Assembly: GCA_963804995.1 (NCBI GenBank)
Contig: CAWDSK010000005.1
Coordinates: 288,001-352,000 of the forward strand
Direction of reading: 5' to 3'
DNA from: an uncultured Acidobacteriota bacterium
GTDB lineage: Bacteria > Acidobacteriota > Terriglobia > UBA7540
Length of the DNA stretch: 64,000 nucleotides
The notes beneath the pieces are model-generated. The model made no database searches. It saw only the letters and a list, made by a program, of their open reading frames with translations, and was not told where the DNA came from. The stretch's first letter is position 1. Every line of letters starts with the position of its first letter. Positions 50,038 through 59,519 of this stretch are shown one piece after another. A program made the position numbers and the translations under genes.

Positions 50038-51952
50038 ATGAAGCACATCATTGTTGGAACCGCAGGTCACATCGATCATGGCAAATCGGCGCTGGTCCTG
50101 GCGCTCACGGGCACGGACCCTGATCGCTGGGAGGAAGAGAAGCGGCGCGGTATCACGATCGATCTGGGTTTCGCCCACCTGGACCTGGACAAGGATTTGC
50201 GCGTCGGGTTCATCGACGTTCCCGGCCACGAGCGCTTTGTGCGCAACATGCTGGCGGGAGTGGGCGGCATCGATATCGTCCTGATGGTCGTGGCCGCTGA
50301 TGAGTCGATCAAACCTCAAACGCGGGAGCACTTCGACATCTGCAAGCTGCTGGGCATTCGCAAGGGTCTGGTGGTGATCACCAAGGCGGACCTGGTGGAT
50401 CAGGACATGGCGGACCTGGTTCGTTTGGAGGTGCAGGAGTTTGTCGCGGGCTCATTTCTAGAAGGCGCGCCAATTCTTGCCGTGAGTGCGCGTACAGGCG
50501 AGGGGTTGGAAGAGCTGAAGAGTGAGATTCGCCGGCTGAGCCTGGAGCTGCCTCCCCGGCCGGTTGATCTTCCCTTTCGACTTCCCATCGACCGCTCTTT
50601 CGTCATCAAGGGATTTGGAGCGGTTGTGACCGGGACGCTCATCGCCGGCACAGTTGAGAAGGAAGCTGAGGTTGAGATCTTCCCCTTGGGCCGGCGCGTG
50701 CGCGTGCGCGGAATCGAGGTATACGATGCGCCCACCGACTGCGCCAGGGCAGGCCAGCGCACCGCTCTCAACCTGGCCGCTATCGAGGCCAAGCAGATCA
50801 CGCGGGGCATGGTGCTGGCGGCGCCGGGATTGTTTCAGCCCACCACGCGCCTGGATTGCACCCTCAGCATGCTGCCCCGGGCTCGGCCACTCAAGAACCA
50901 CACGCAGGTGCATTTCCATTGCGGAACCGCGGAGATGCTGGCTCGGGTCGTGCTTACTCGAGGGCAAAGAACTGCAGCCCGGCGTCACGGGTTTTGTGCA
51001 GTTGCAGTTGGCGGAGCATGGCTTGTTCGTTCCGGGTGACCGCTTCATTGTCCGGCAGTTTTCGCCCGTCACCACCATTGGCGGCGGCAGCGTGCTCGAC
51101 AATCAGCCGCTCAAGCATCCCGCCGGTGACGCGGCCACACTCGAAGCCCTGCGGGTGTTGGAATGCGGGGAACCGGATGCCCGGCTGGAGCTCCTTGCGC
51201 AGCAGGCCGGGGAAGCCTCGCTGGCCGCGCTTGCCGCCCGCACGGGCTGGAAACCTGCTGACGTTCTCCGCGTTGCAAAATCCCTCGAAACCAGGAAATG
51301 CCTCGTGCTTCTCGGACAACCACCCCATCTGGTGGTTCATAAGAAACACTTCGACCAACTTGCCAAGCTCGCTGTAGAGCAGCTCGGAAAATTTCATGCC
51401 GCGAACCCGCTGGTGGCTGGGTTACAGAAAGAGGAGCTTCGCGCCAAACTGGTCCCTGCCGGCAAATCGGTTCCCGTGCCTTCACCGATGTTGCTCAATG
51501 GATTGCTGCAATCCCTGGCCGCGCAGGGCAGGGTTGACGTACAGGGCGAAACGGTTCGCCTGGGTGGGCGGCAGGTTCAGCTATCACCGGAGGAGATCGC
51601 CGCGCGCGACGCCATCACGGCGGCTTTCGAAAAGGCAGGCTTGGCCGTGCCCAGCGCCGGAGAAGTCCTGGCGGGTTTGCGCATCGACCGGACGCGCGCC
51701 GAGAAGCTGCTGAGAATCCTGCTCAAGGAAAACGCCCTGCACAGAATTACGGAGGACTTGATCTTCCATCCGGCGGCCCTCCGAGACCTTCGCCAAATCC
51801 TAGCCCGTCGCAAGACGCAGAATGCCCGCCTGAGCGTTACGGATTTCAAACAACTGACGGGGTTGACTCGGAAGTACGCCATCCCCCTGCTCGAATACCT
51901 CGATCGCGAGCGTGTGACTCGGCGCGAGGGCGACGAGCGTGTCATCCTCTAA
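50038..51952 (+). CDS. selB: Selenocysteine-specific elongation factor; +1 frameshift near 50955
   Basis: [26 protein letters not shown]; second frame GDRFIVR..SP..TIGGG...[13 protein letters not shown]...VTRR.GD.R. Confidence 0.92.
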
Positions 51953-51978
51953 GGAGCGCAGGTCTTCGAACCCCCGGA

Positions 51979-52569
51979 TCAAGTTTTGACTTGGGTAGCC
52001 TGTTTTGAGACCGCCTTCAGAAGATCGTTCAGAAGTGAGAGGGGAAGCCCCACGACATTGAAATAGCAACCGGAGATACGCGTCACAAACCGCGAAGCCA
52101 ATCCCTGAATGGCATACGCGCCGGCCTTGTCGAAAGGCTCCGGGCTGGCCACGTAGCTGCGAATCTCGTCGTCGCTAAGGTCGTTGAAAGTTACATAGGT
52201 GATTTCGTGATTGAGTGCCTCGATCGAATCGGGTGCCCGGACCAGGCAGATTCCCGTGATCACCGCGTGCGTCTGGCCGGAAAGCAGGCGGAGCATGCGG
52301 GTGGCGTCGTAGGGCCCGTTGGGTTTTCCCAGGATCAAGCCGTGGATCGTCACGACAGTATCCGCTCCCAACACCAGGCTGCCGGGCGGTGAAATCGCGG
52401 CCACGCGCAGGGCTTTGGCGCTGGCAGCGCGACGGGCGAACTGCTCGGGTGATTCGCCGGACTGGGGGGCACCCTCCTCCACCCCGCTGGGACAAACCTC
52501 GAAATCAAAACCGGCGCTGCGCAGCAGCTCCTTGCGGCGGGGTGAGCCGGAGGCGAGAATCAACCTCAT
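51979..52569 (-). CDS. maf: Maf nucleoside triphosphate pyrophosphatase
   Basis: LILASGSPRRKELL, GADTVV, DKAGAYAIQG, NVVGLP. Confidence 0.92.
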   Translation of the reverse strand: MRLILASGSPRRKELLRSAGFDFEVCPSGVEEGAPQSGESPEQFARRAASAKALRVAAISPPGSLVLGADTVVTIHGLILGKPNGPYDATRMLRLLSGQTHAVITGICLVRAPDSIEALNHEITYVTFNDLSDDEIRSYVASPEPFDKAGAYAIQGLASRFVTRISGCYFNVVGLPLSLLNDLLKAVSKQATQVKT

Positions 52570-52689
52570 GGGTGTGGCATTATAGAAGAGTAATCGCTTC
52601 CTCTCAAGCAAAAGTGGCGGGCTTAAGCTTGCCGCCGTCCGCGCCTCTCTACTATAATAAGAAGGTTTCGGCCGAATACAGGAGCAATT

Positions 52690-54621
52690 ATGTATCGATT
52701 CTTCCGCAGGAACCGTGAGGCAGTTAAGAAATACCTCCTCATCTTTTTCCTGAGCATCGTGTCTATCGGCATGGTGATTACGCTGGCGCCCCTTCCTTCC
52801 ATGGACAGCGCCCGCAACGATTCCACCGTGCTGGCTTCGATCAATGGTTCCAATATCACCACCCAGGAACTTTCCCAATCGATTCGCACCCGGTTCCAAA
52901 ATTCGCCCATGGGCTTCGACTCGCGGATGGTGCCGATCGTAGCTGGCAGCGTCCTTGACGATATGGTGATCCAGCAGGCGCTGGTTGCGCAGGCCAAGAA
53001 AATGGGGCTGGAAGTTTCCGACCAGGAGCTTCTCCAGACTTTGCAGCGTATCCCGTGGCTTTATCCGGGAGGCAATTTTGTAGGTGTGGATCGCGCCACG
53101 GATATTGTGCAGCAGCAGGCCGGCATGGCGCTCCCCCAGTTTGAGCAAATGCTCCGCCAAAGCCTGCTGGTCGAGAAGATCCGCAGCGTGGTAACGGATG
53201 GCGTTCAGACCACGCCCGACGAGCTCCTGGCGGAGTTCCGGCATCGCAACGCCAAGGCCAAGATTGATTACGTGCTCTTTGACCCCAGCAAGTTCATCAA
53301 GGATGTCAAAGTGACCCCGGAGGCGCTTGAGGGGTACTTCAAGAAAGATCCTTCGCGTTACAAACTCCCCGAGCAGCGCCAGGTGCGCTACGTGTTGATC
53401 GATCCCGATCAGGTGCGCGCGCAAGTGAAGATCGACGAGCCTGAATTGCGTCAGTATTATGCTCAGCACCTTTCTGATTACCGGGTGCCTGACCGCGTCA
53501 AGGTGGCCCACATCCTCTTCAAGACTACCCAGAAGACCCCCGCGGAAGTCACGACTATTGAGAAGACTGCTGCCGATGTCCTGAATCAGATCCGCGCGGG
53601 CGGCAACTTTGGAGAACTAGCCAAGAAGTACTCCGAGGACTCGACCGCCCAGCAGGGAGGGGAACTCGGCTGGATCGTGCGCGGTCAGACGGTGAAGGAG
53701 TTCGAAAGCACGGCTTATTCCTTGAAGCCCGGTGAGGTCAGCGGGCTCGTCAAGACTGTTTATGGAATACATATTCTCAAACTTGAAGATAAGCAAATCG
53801 CTCATCTGCAATCGTTCGACGAGGTCAAGGATTCCATTCGCACCGAGCTCGAAAAGCAACGCGTGGCGGACGCGCAGGAGAAATTGGCCCACGAGCTTCA
53901 AACCCAGCTCAAGGCAAATCCTGAGCAGTTTGAGGCCGCCGTCCGCAAACTGGGGCTGGAGCCCAAGGAATCGCCGCTCTTCAAATACGGCCAGGCTGTG
54001 CCCGACATGGGCAATGCCGACGCCTTTGAAAACCTCTCTTTTCAGCTTCGGGAGGGGGAGGTCGGCACACCGATTGCCGTTCCCAAAGGTGAAGCGATCA
54101 TCCAGTTAAGCAAGATTGTGCCTGAGCACGTTCCCACCCTGGAGGAAGTAGGCGCGCGTGTGGAGGAGGACTTCCGCCACGACCAATCAATTGCTAGCGC
54201 CTCGGACAAGGCCAAGCAGCTTGCCCAGCAGGCAAAAACTGGGGACTTTGACAAGCTGGCGAAGGCTGCCGGGTTGACTCCCAAAGAGAGTAAGGACTTC
54301 TCCGCGTCGGATTACGTGGAAGGCGTGGGAAATGGCAGCCAGCTCGCGGCCGCTTTCACATTGAACCCTGGACAAACCAGCGACGTGGTTTCCGTCGGTA
54401 CCAATAACGTGGTGTTCAAGGTTGTCGCCCACTCTCCCGCCAACGAGGCGGACTTCGCCGCGCAGAGCGATCAGATTCGCGAAGAATTGCTCGATCAGAA
54501 ACGCAACTTGGAGTTCGAGATCTTCCGCCAAAATTTAAAGCAGCAACTCCAGCGCACGGGCGAACTTAAAATTTATGAGGCGTCCATGAAGCAGTTCCTC
54601 GCTGCTTATCAAACGAAGTAG
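52690..54621 (+). CDS. ppiD: PpiD-like peptidyl-prolyl isomerase (SurA-N plus rotamase)
   Basis: N-terminal TM; AHILF, FGELAKKYSED, GGELGW, YGIHI. Confidence 0.8.
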   Translation: MYRFFRRNREAVKKYLLIFFLSIVSIGMVITLAPLPSMDSARNDSTVLASINGSNITTQELSQSIRTRFQNSPMGFDSRMVPIVAGSVLDDMVIQQALVAQAKKMGLEVSDQELLQTLQRIPWLYPGGNFVGVDRATDIVQQQAGMALPQFEQMLRQSLLVEKIRSVVTDGVQTTPDELLAEFRHRNAKAKIDYVLFDPSKFIKDVKVTPEALEGYFKKDPSRYKLPEQRQVRYVLIDPDQVRAQVKIDEPELRQYYAQHLSDYRVPDRVKVAHILFKTTQKTPAEVTTIEKTAADVLNQIRAGGNFGELAKKYSEDSTAQQGGELGWIVRGQTVKEFESTAYSLKPGEVSGLVKTVYGIHILKLEDKQIAHLQSFDEVKDSIRTELEKQRVADAQEKLAHELQTQLKANPEQFEAAVRKLGLEPKESPLFKYGQAVPDMGNADAFENLSFQLREGEVGTPIAVPKGEAIIQLSKIVPEHVPTLEEVGARVEEDFRHDQSIASASDKAKQLAQQAKTGDFDKLAKAAGLTPKESKDFSASDYVEGVGNGSQLAAAFTLNPGQTSDVVSVGTNNVVFKVVAHSPANEADFAAQSDQIREELLDQKRNLEFEIFRQNLKQQLQRTGELKIYEASMKQFLAAYQTK

Positions 54622-55479
54622 ATCCCCCGGCCACGCTCGGCTCCCCTTATCCCCCACAGGACCGAGTGGTCACTCCATGCCGCCGATTAAACATAGCAGA
54701 AATCAGCCACCCCTGCGACCGGGGCAGGCGGCAGTGCGGCAGTTTGATTTGCAGGGTCCTCATCGGGCCGGGCAGGGAAAGCGCTGAGAGCTTACATATG
54801 TAGCCTATAGATGGGGGCGCCGGGGTTCCCGGTTCGGACCTGGGTTCGTGGTCGCCCCAGCGGCATTCTCTTTATAGCGATCGTCGGACGGTCCCTCTGC
54901 ACCAGGGAATTCTCATGGGTCACGAAGCGGTGGTTCTGGGCTTTTCGGCCCTCATCAACTGGACACATTGTCATCCTGTTTTACCATTTTTCATATCGTT
55001 GCTAACCATATTTGTTTTCAATAACCTCTCAGCTTTGGCAAACAGAAATCGCGAGTTGACGCGCTTTGTTTTCAACATGTTCTCAGCTTTGGGCGTTTTG
55101 GGCATCCTGCGACACATTGTCGGCTAAGAATGGATAGCTCGAAAGGTCTGTTTTCAGTCTCACTTTTCAGTCCTCCCTGTGCCGCGACTCAAGCCGGGCC
55201 CTTTGGACCGTTGAGGCAGTCTAGATTATACGACTTTGTAACGCTCAATGTAAAGCCTAATCTTTCCTGGGGCTGAGTTCGAGGGACGTAGGGCGCCCAA
55301 CCTCGCCGGGAACATTGCCATTTGAAATCACGCGCCCTTGCGGCGAGCGATGCGACTACCGGACAGGCGGTAGTGACTCATTTTGAAGTGCCACGGCCGA
55401 CCTGCCCCGATGCATCGGGGTCCTGGCCGTGACCGGGCACGGGGGGGAGAAGGTGTGAAAAAATCCCCGCATAACTTTC

Positions 55480-55656
55480 ACCGCAGAGGCGCGAAGGCGC
55501 AGAGAAAAGGACCTTTATTTTCATTCCTCTGCGCCTCAGCGTCTGCGCTATGAAAATGAATGTGGCAAAGGCACCTTGGAGTGCGGCGGCTCGCCGCCGC
55601 CTTGAATTTACGCCGAGGACGATGACGAAGGCGGCGTCGAGCCGCCGCACTCCAAG
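55480..55656. repeat. Nonamer hairpin plus REP-like pair
   Basis: cgcagaggcgcgaaggcgcagaga / ctctgcgcctcagcgtctgcg; ttggagtgcggcggctcg...cgagccgccgcactccaa. Confidence 0.7.
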
Positions 55657-55840
55657 GTGCTTCGCACATTTTCATGTACAGTGGCGAGCCGAAGTCTCAT
55701 GGGAATCTGCGGTGAAAATTGCATTTTTTCACAGCTTCGGATGCCCGTGGCACGTCAAAATGCGTCACTACCGGACAGGCGGCTTCCTACCCATCTCGCC
55801 CCGCGTTGTTATAGAATGCGCCTTTACCCAAGTCCGGGAT

Positions 55841-56608
55841 GTGAACCCAGTGGCTCCCTCGCTCGACCCGCAACCCGCCGCCAGTCGCAGTCATGCTTCG
55901 GAGAGAATCGACGAACCCCAGTGCGCGTTGGTACCGGCCGGTGAATTCCTGATGGGCTGCAACGAGGGTCGCGATGAAGAGCGGCCCGTGCATCGTGTGT
56001 GGATTGCGGCATTTGAGATGGCGGTCTATCAGGTGCGCAATCGTGACTTTGCCGCATTCATGCAAGCCACCGGTCATCCCGCCCCGCCCAACTGGGGTCA
56101 GCACGATTTCGCTGATCCAAACTTTCCTGTGGTTTCCGTGAGTTGGGTCGAAGCGCAAAAGTATTGCGACTGGCTGAGTGGCGTGACGGGCCACCGTTAT
56201 CGCCTGCCGACCGAAGCAGAATGGGAGCGTGCCGCGCGCGGAGGGGAGGAGGGCCAGCTCTATCCCTGGGGCGACGAGCCTCCGCAATCGCGAGCGGAAT
56301 ATCAGAAGCGTTGGGGCGGGGAAGTGTGCGGGCCGCTCGCGGTGGGCCAGGGACAAGCGAACGCGTACGGGATTTACGATTTGTGCGAAAACGTGCATGA
56401 GTGGTGCGCGGATTGGTATCAGGCGGATTACTACGCACACTCACCGGAACAACAACCCCGCGGGCCCGAGGCGGGCGAGCGGCGGGCCTCGCGAGGCGGT
56501 TCCTGGCGGCACCACATCAAGGTCAGCCGTTTGGCCGCACGTTCCAGCATCCCCCCGGCATTCCAGTACGCGGATTACGGTTTTCGCGTGGTCCGTGAGA
56601 TCGTTTAG
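55841..56608 (+). CDS. FGE-sulfatase (SUMF1/EgtB/PvdO) domain protein
   Basis: GEFLMG, E.P.H.V, PVV.VSW, RLPTEAEWE.AARGG, RGGSW, GFR. Start is approximate. Confidence 0.85.
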   Translation: MNPVAPSLDPQPAASRSHASERIDEPQCALVPAGEFLMGCNEGRDEERPVHRVWIAAFEMAVYQVRNRDFAAFMQATGHPAPPNWGQHDFADPNFPVVSVSWVEAQKYCDWLSGVTGHRYRLPTEAEWERAARGGEEGQLYPWGDEPPQSRAEYQKRWGGEVCGPLAVGQGQANAYGIYDLCENVHEWCADWYQADYYAHSPEQQPRGPEAGERRASRGGSWRHHIKVSRLAARSSIPPAFQYADYGFRVVREIV

Positions 56609-56634
56609 AAAAGGTTCGCCCCTGGAGGACCAGC

Positions 56635-57642
56635 ATGCCTGAGTTGCGCCACAACGTCCTGACTCGCGAGTGGGTGATCATTGCCACCGAGCGCGCCAAA
56701 CGTCCGGAGGAATTTGCCAAGAAGAATAGCGAGAAGAAGGTCGTTCCGGCCTACGTCGCCACCTGTCCATTCTGTCCAGGGAACGAAAAGCTGACGCCGC
56801 CGGAAACTTACGTGGTTCCCGGCGACTCGGGCTGGCGGGTGCGCGTCACACCCAACAAGTTCGCGGCGCTATCGTACCAGGGCGAACGCCGCCGCTCGAT
56901 TCAGGGCATCCGGCGGACCGTGACGGGCGTGGGCATTCATGAAGTCATTGTGGACTCGCCCGACCACAGCAAAACGACCGCGCTGATGGAGGACGCACAG
57001 GTTGAGATTATCATTGAGACCTATCTCAACCGCTTTAACTTCGCCTCGCGCGACCCCCGCATCGAGCAGGTGACGTTGTTCAAGAATCAGGGGGAGTCTG
57101 CCGGGACCTCGCTTGAGCACACGCACTCCCAGATGATTGCCGCTCCCGTCATCACCGCGCAGCTTCGCGACCGCTTCATCAACGCGCTCCAGCATTTCGA
57201 TGAGTTCGGCGAGTGCATCTACTGCCACGTGCTCGAGCAGGAGCTCCAGGACGGCGCGCGCATCGTGTACGAGTCCGAACACTTTGTGGCCTTCGTGCAG
57301 TTCGCGGCGCTCACCCCATTTTCCATGCTCATCATGCCACGCCGGCACATGGCGTGCTTTTCGGAGATCAAAGACGCGGAGGCGGTCGACCTGGCGCACA
57401 ACCTGCGCCGCACCCTCGCCAAGCTCTATCACGGGCTCGACGATCCGGATTACAACTACACCATCCGCACCGCCCCCTCGGAATACGTGGGGGTGAGGTA
57501 CACCCACTGGTACTTGAGCATCATTCCGCGCCTGACCCGCATGGCGGGCTTCGAACTCGGCTCCGGCATGTTCATCAACGTGTCTCTGCCGGAAGAAAAC
57601 GCCAGCTTCCTGCGCGGTATCAATGTAAAGGAGGAAGTATGA
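56635..57642 (+). CDS. galT: Galactose-1-phosphate uridylyltransferase
   Basis: RAKRP, CPFCPGNE, NKF.AL and AGTSLEHTHSQ motifs. Confidence 0.88.
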   Translation: MPELRHNVLTREWVIIATERAKRPEEFAKKNSEKKVVPAYVATCPFCPGNEKLTPPETYVVPGDSGWRVRVTPNKFAALSYQGERRRSIQGIRRTVTGVGIHEVIVDSPDHSKTTALMEDAQVEIIIETYLNRFNFASRDPRIEQVTLFKNQGESAGTSLEHTHSQMIAAPVITAQLRDRFINALQHFDEFGECIYCHVLEQELQDGARIVYESEHFVAFVQFAALTPFSMLIMPRRHMACFSEIKDAEAVDLAHNLRRTLAKLYHGLDDPDYNYTIRTAPSEYVGVRYTHWYLSIIPRLTRMAGFELGSGMFINVSLPEENASFLRGINVKEEV

Positions 57643-58613
57643 TTCGCCGTGAGTTTCTGACTCGGTTCGCTACGGCCGCCGCGGCCGCTCGCCTGTTGCC
57701 GGGAGACGGCACGCTGGCTTTTGCCCAGCAGAAGGGGGGCACACCCGCCCATCCTGTGCATCAGCATCCCCACCCCCCGAGTCCGCCGAGCAAGCTCGAT
57801 CGAATTTCAATTTCCACCTGGAGTCTTCATAACTATTTCCAGACTACCCGCGACAAAGAGTTTAACCTGCCTGGTTCTATGCTGGCCTTGCTCGATTTCC
57901 CGGAAATGATTGTCGACAAGTACAAGGTCCACCATTTCGAATTCTGCGCCCCGCACCTGGCGTCGATTGAACCATCCTACCTGCAGGAACTCAAGAGCCG
58001 TCTGGTGCGCGCGCACTCCCAGCTTGTCAACATTCCGGTCGATATCCCGGAATTGGAGATCGAAGGCGGGCTCTCCGATCCCGACAAGAAAGTTCGCGAC
58101 ACAGGGGTGAATGCTTGTAAGAAGTGGATCGACATCGCCGCCACGCTGGGCTCGAAGTCCGTGCGCTGCGATCCGGGGAAAATGAATCCCGAAGACCTCG
58201 AACCGACGGCGCAGTCCTACCGGGCGCTCGCGGCTTACGGGAAGACGAAGGGAATCCACGTAATCGTCGAAAACCACGGCGGCGTGGGTTCGGAGCACCC
58301 TGAGGAACTCGTCAAACTCTTCAAATTGGTGGGAGCGAATTTCGGAGCGCTGCCGGACTTCGGGAATTTTCCCGATGAGGATACCCGCGAGAAGGGGTTG
58401 CCCCTTCTCTTCCCCTACGCGCCGGTGGTCTGTCACGCCAAAGGGCTCGACATTGGCGAGGATGGCGTTGAGAAACAGTACGATTTTCCGAAGGCCATTG
58501 CCGCCTCGAAGAAAGCGGGCTTCAAGGGGATCTACTCAATTGAATACGAAGGGCCCGGCGATCCTTACGTGGGCGTCCAGAGGACCTTGGATGAGTTGCT
58601 GAAGTATTTGTGA
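57639..58613 (+). CDS. Tat-exported sugar phosphate isomerase/epimerase (xylose isomerase-like TIM barrel)
   Basis: MIRREFL; VENHGG, DFGN, HAK, SIEYEG; ATGA overlap with galT. Confidence 0.85.
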   Translation: MIRREFLTRFATAAAAARLLPGDGTLAFAQQKGGTPAHPVHQHPHPPSPPSKLDRISISTWSLHNYFQTTRDKEFNLPGSMLALLDFPEMIVDKYKVHHFEFCAPHLASIEPSYLQELKSRLVRAHSQLVNIPVDIPELEIEGGLSDPDKKVRDTGVNACKKWIDIAATLGSKSVRCDPGKMNPEDLEPTAQSYRALAAYGKTKGIHVIVENHGGVGSEHPEELVKLFKLVGANFGALPDFGNFPDEDTREKGLPLLFPYAPVVCHAKGLDIGEDGVEKQYDFPKAIAASKKAGFKGIYSIEYEGPGDPYVGVQRTLDELLKYL

Positions 58614-58670
58614 CGGCGGCGTGAAGGTTTCGTCTGGGGGGTGGCGATGTGTATCGCCACACTATGCTCA

Positions 58671-59519
58671 TCACTTGATGAAATACATTGTGAAGTAGCT
58701 GGTCACGTTGGGCTGGTGGAGGTTCCCCGTCAGCCGGGCGGAGTTTGTGTGTTCACTGATTTGGACTCTGACATGCCCCTGATCTCCGAGAGCTGCTAAG
58801 AGGAGCCACAATCCCTTCCGGCAATCAACTTGAAGCTCCCCCACCTTATTGGCATCCAGAGCAGAAATCGCCTGCTGTGAGCGTTCATCTCTTGAATCCG
58901 CGATGGCGGCCGTGGAATCATGTGAGAAATCCATACTTAGCAAAACGAGCACATTCGGGTTGGCTAGATATCCCGCCAGCAACGCCCGTAATTGCTTCAG
59001 TGGCTTTTCTTGTGCATTGATATCCACCAGGATGGGAACGACCCGGCTGTGTGGGAAGTAATACTTCAAAAACGGAACGAGCACTCCCACGGAATGCTCT
59101 CCCGTGAAAGCCTCCGGGTCTTCCGGCTGTCCCGTCGCGGCTTTTAGCTGCTGCACCATGCCTCGGTTGGTTTCCACGACCCCGAAAGGAGTCTTCCAAA
59201 GCAGGGAAGAGAGACTGATGTTGGCCGAACCATGATGAAAGTGATTGGGGCCGATCAGGATGATGGTTTCCGGGGAGGACTCGGCGCGCAGGGTTTCAAA
59301 GAACCTCACCATCAATCCGCTGGCGAGAAAATGATGGGTCACAATGCCGGCACGAATCCTCTCGCCCGGCGCAAGCTTGAGCGGAATGGCGGGGCTCGCT
59401 TGCTTTATGGCTTCGAGATAAGGCTGGGGATTATCGCTCCACCAGGAGTAGTGGCAGACACGCACCGACGCAGGCGTGGTGAGCAGAAAACAGAACGCTG
59501 CGACTTGCCACCGCCGCAT
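58671..59519 (-). CDS. MEMO / AmmeMemoRadiSam protein B-like, with signal peptide
   Basis: IVTHH, IGPNH, EHS and SMDFSH motifs. Confidence 0.8.
   Translation of the reverse strand: MRRWQVAAFCFLLTTPASVRVCHYSWWSDNPQPYLEAIKQASPAIPLKLAPGERIRAGIVTHHFLASGLMVRFFETLRAESSPETIILIGPNHFHHGSANISLSSLLWKTPFGVVETNRGMVQQLKAATGQPEDPEAFTGEHSVGVLVPFLKYYFPHSRVVPILVDINAQEKPLKQLRALLAGYLANPNVLVLLSMDFSHDSTAAIADSRDERSQQAISALDANKVGELQVDCRKGLWLLLAALGDQGHVRVQISEHTNSARLTGNLHQPNVTSYFTMYFIK

Noticed and set aside
51979..53511. 510-aa Maf fusion ORF
   Set aside because: The extension is the antisense shadow of ppiD; Maf motifs begin at ATG 52569.
55550..56608. True formylglycine-generating enzyme, and the 352-aa N-terminal extension
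   Set aside because: The catalytic Cys pair after RGGS is absent (RGGSWRHH); the upstream extension is translated REP sequence.
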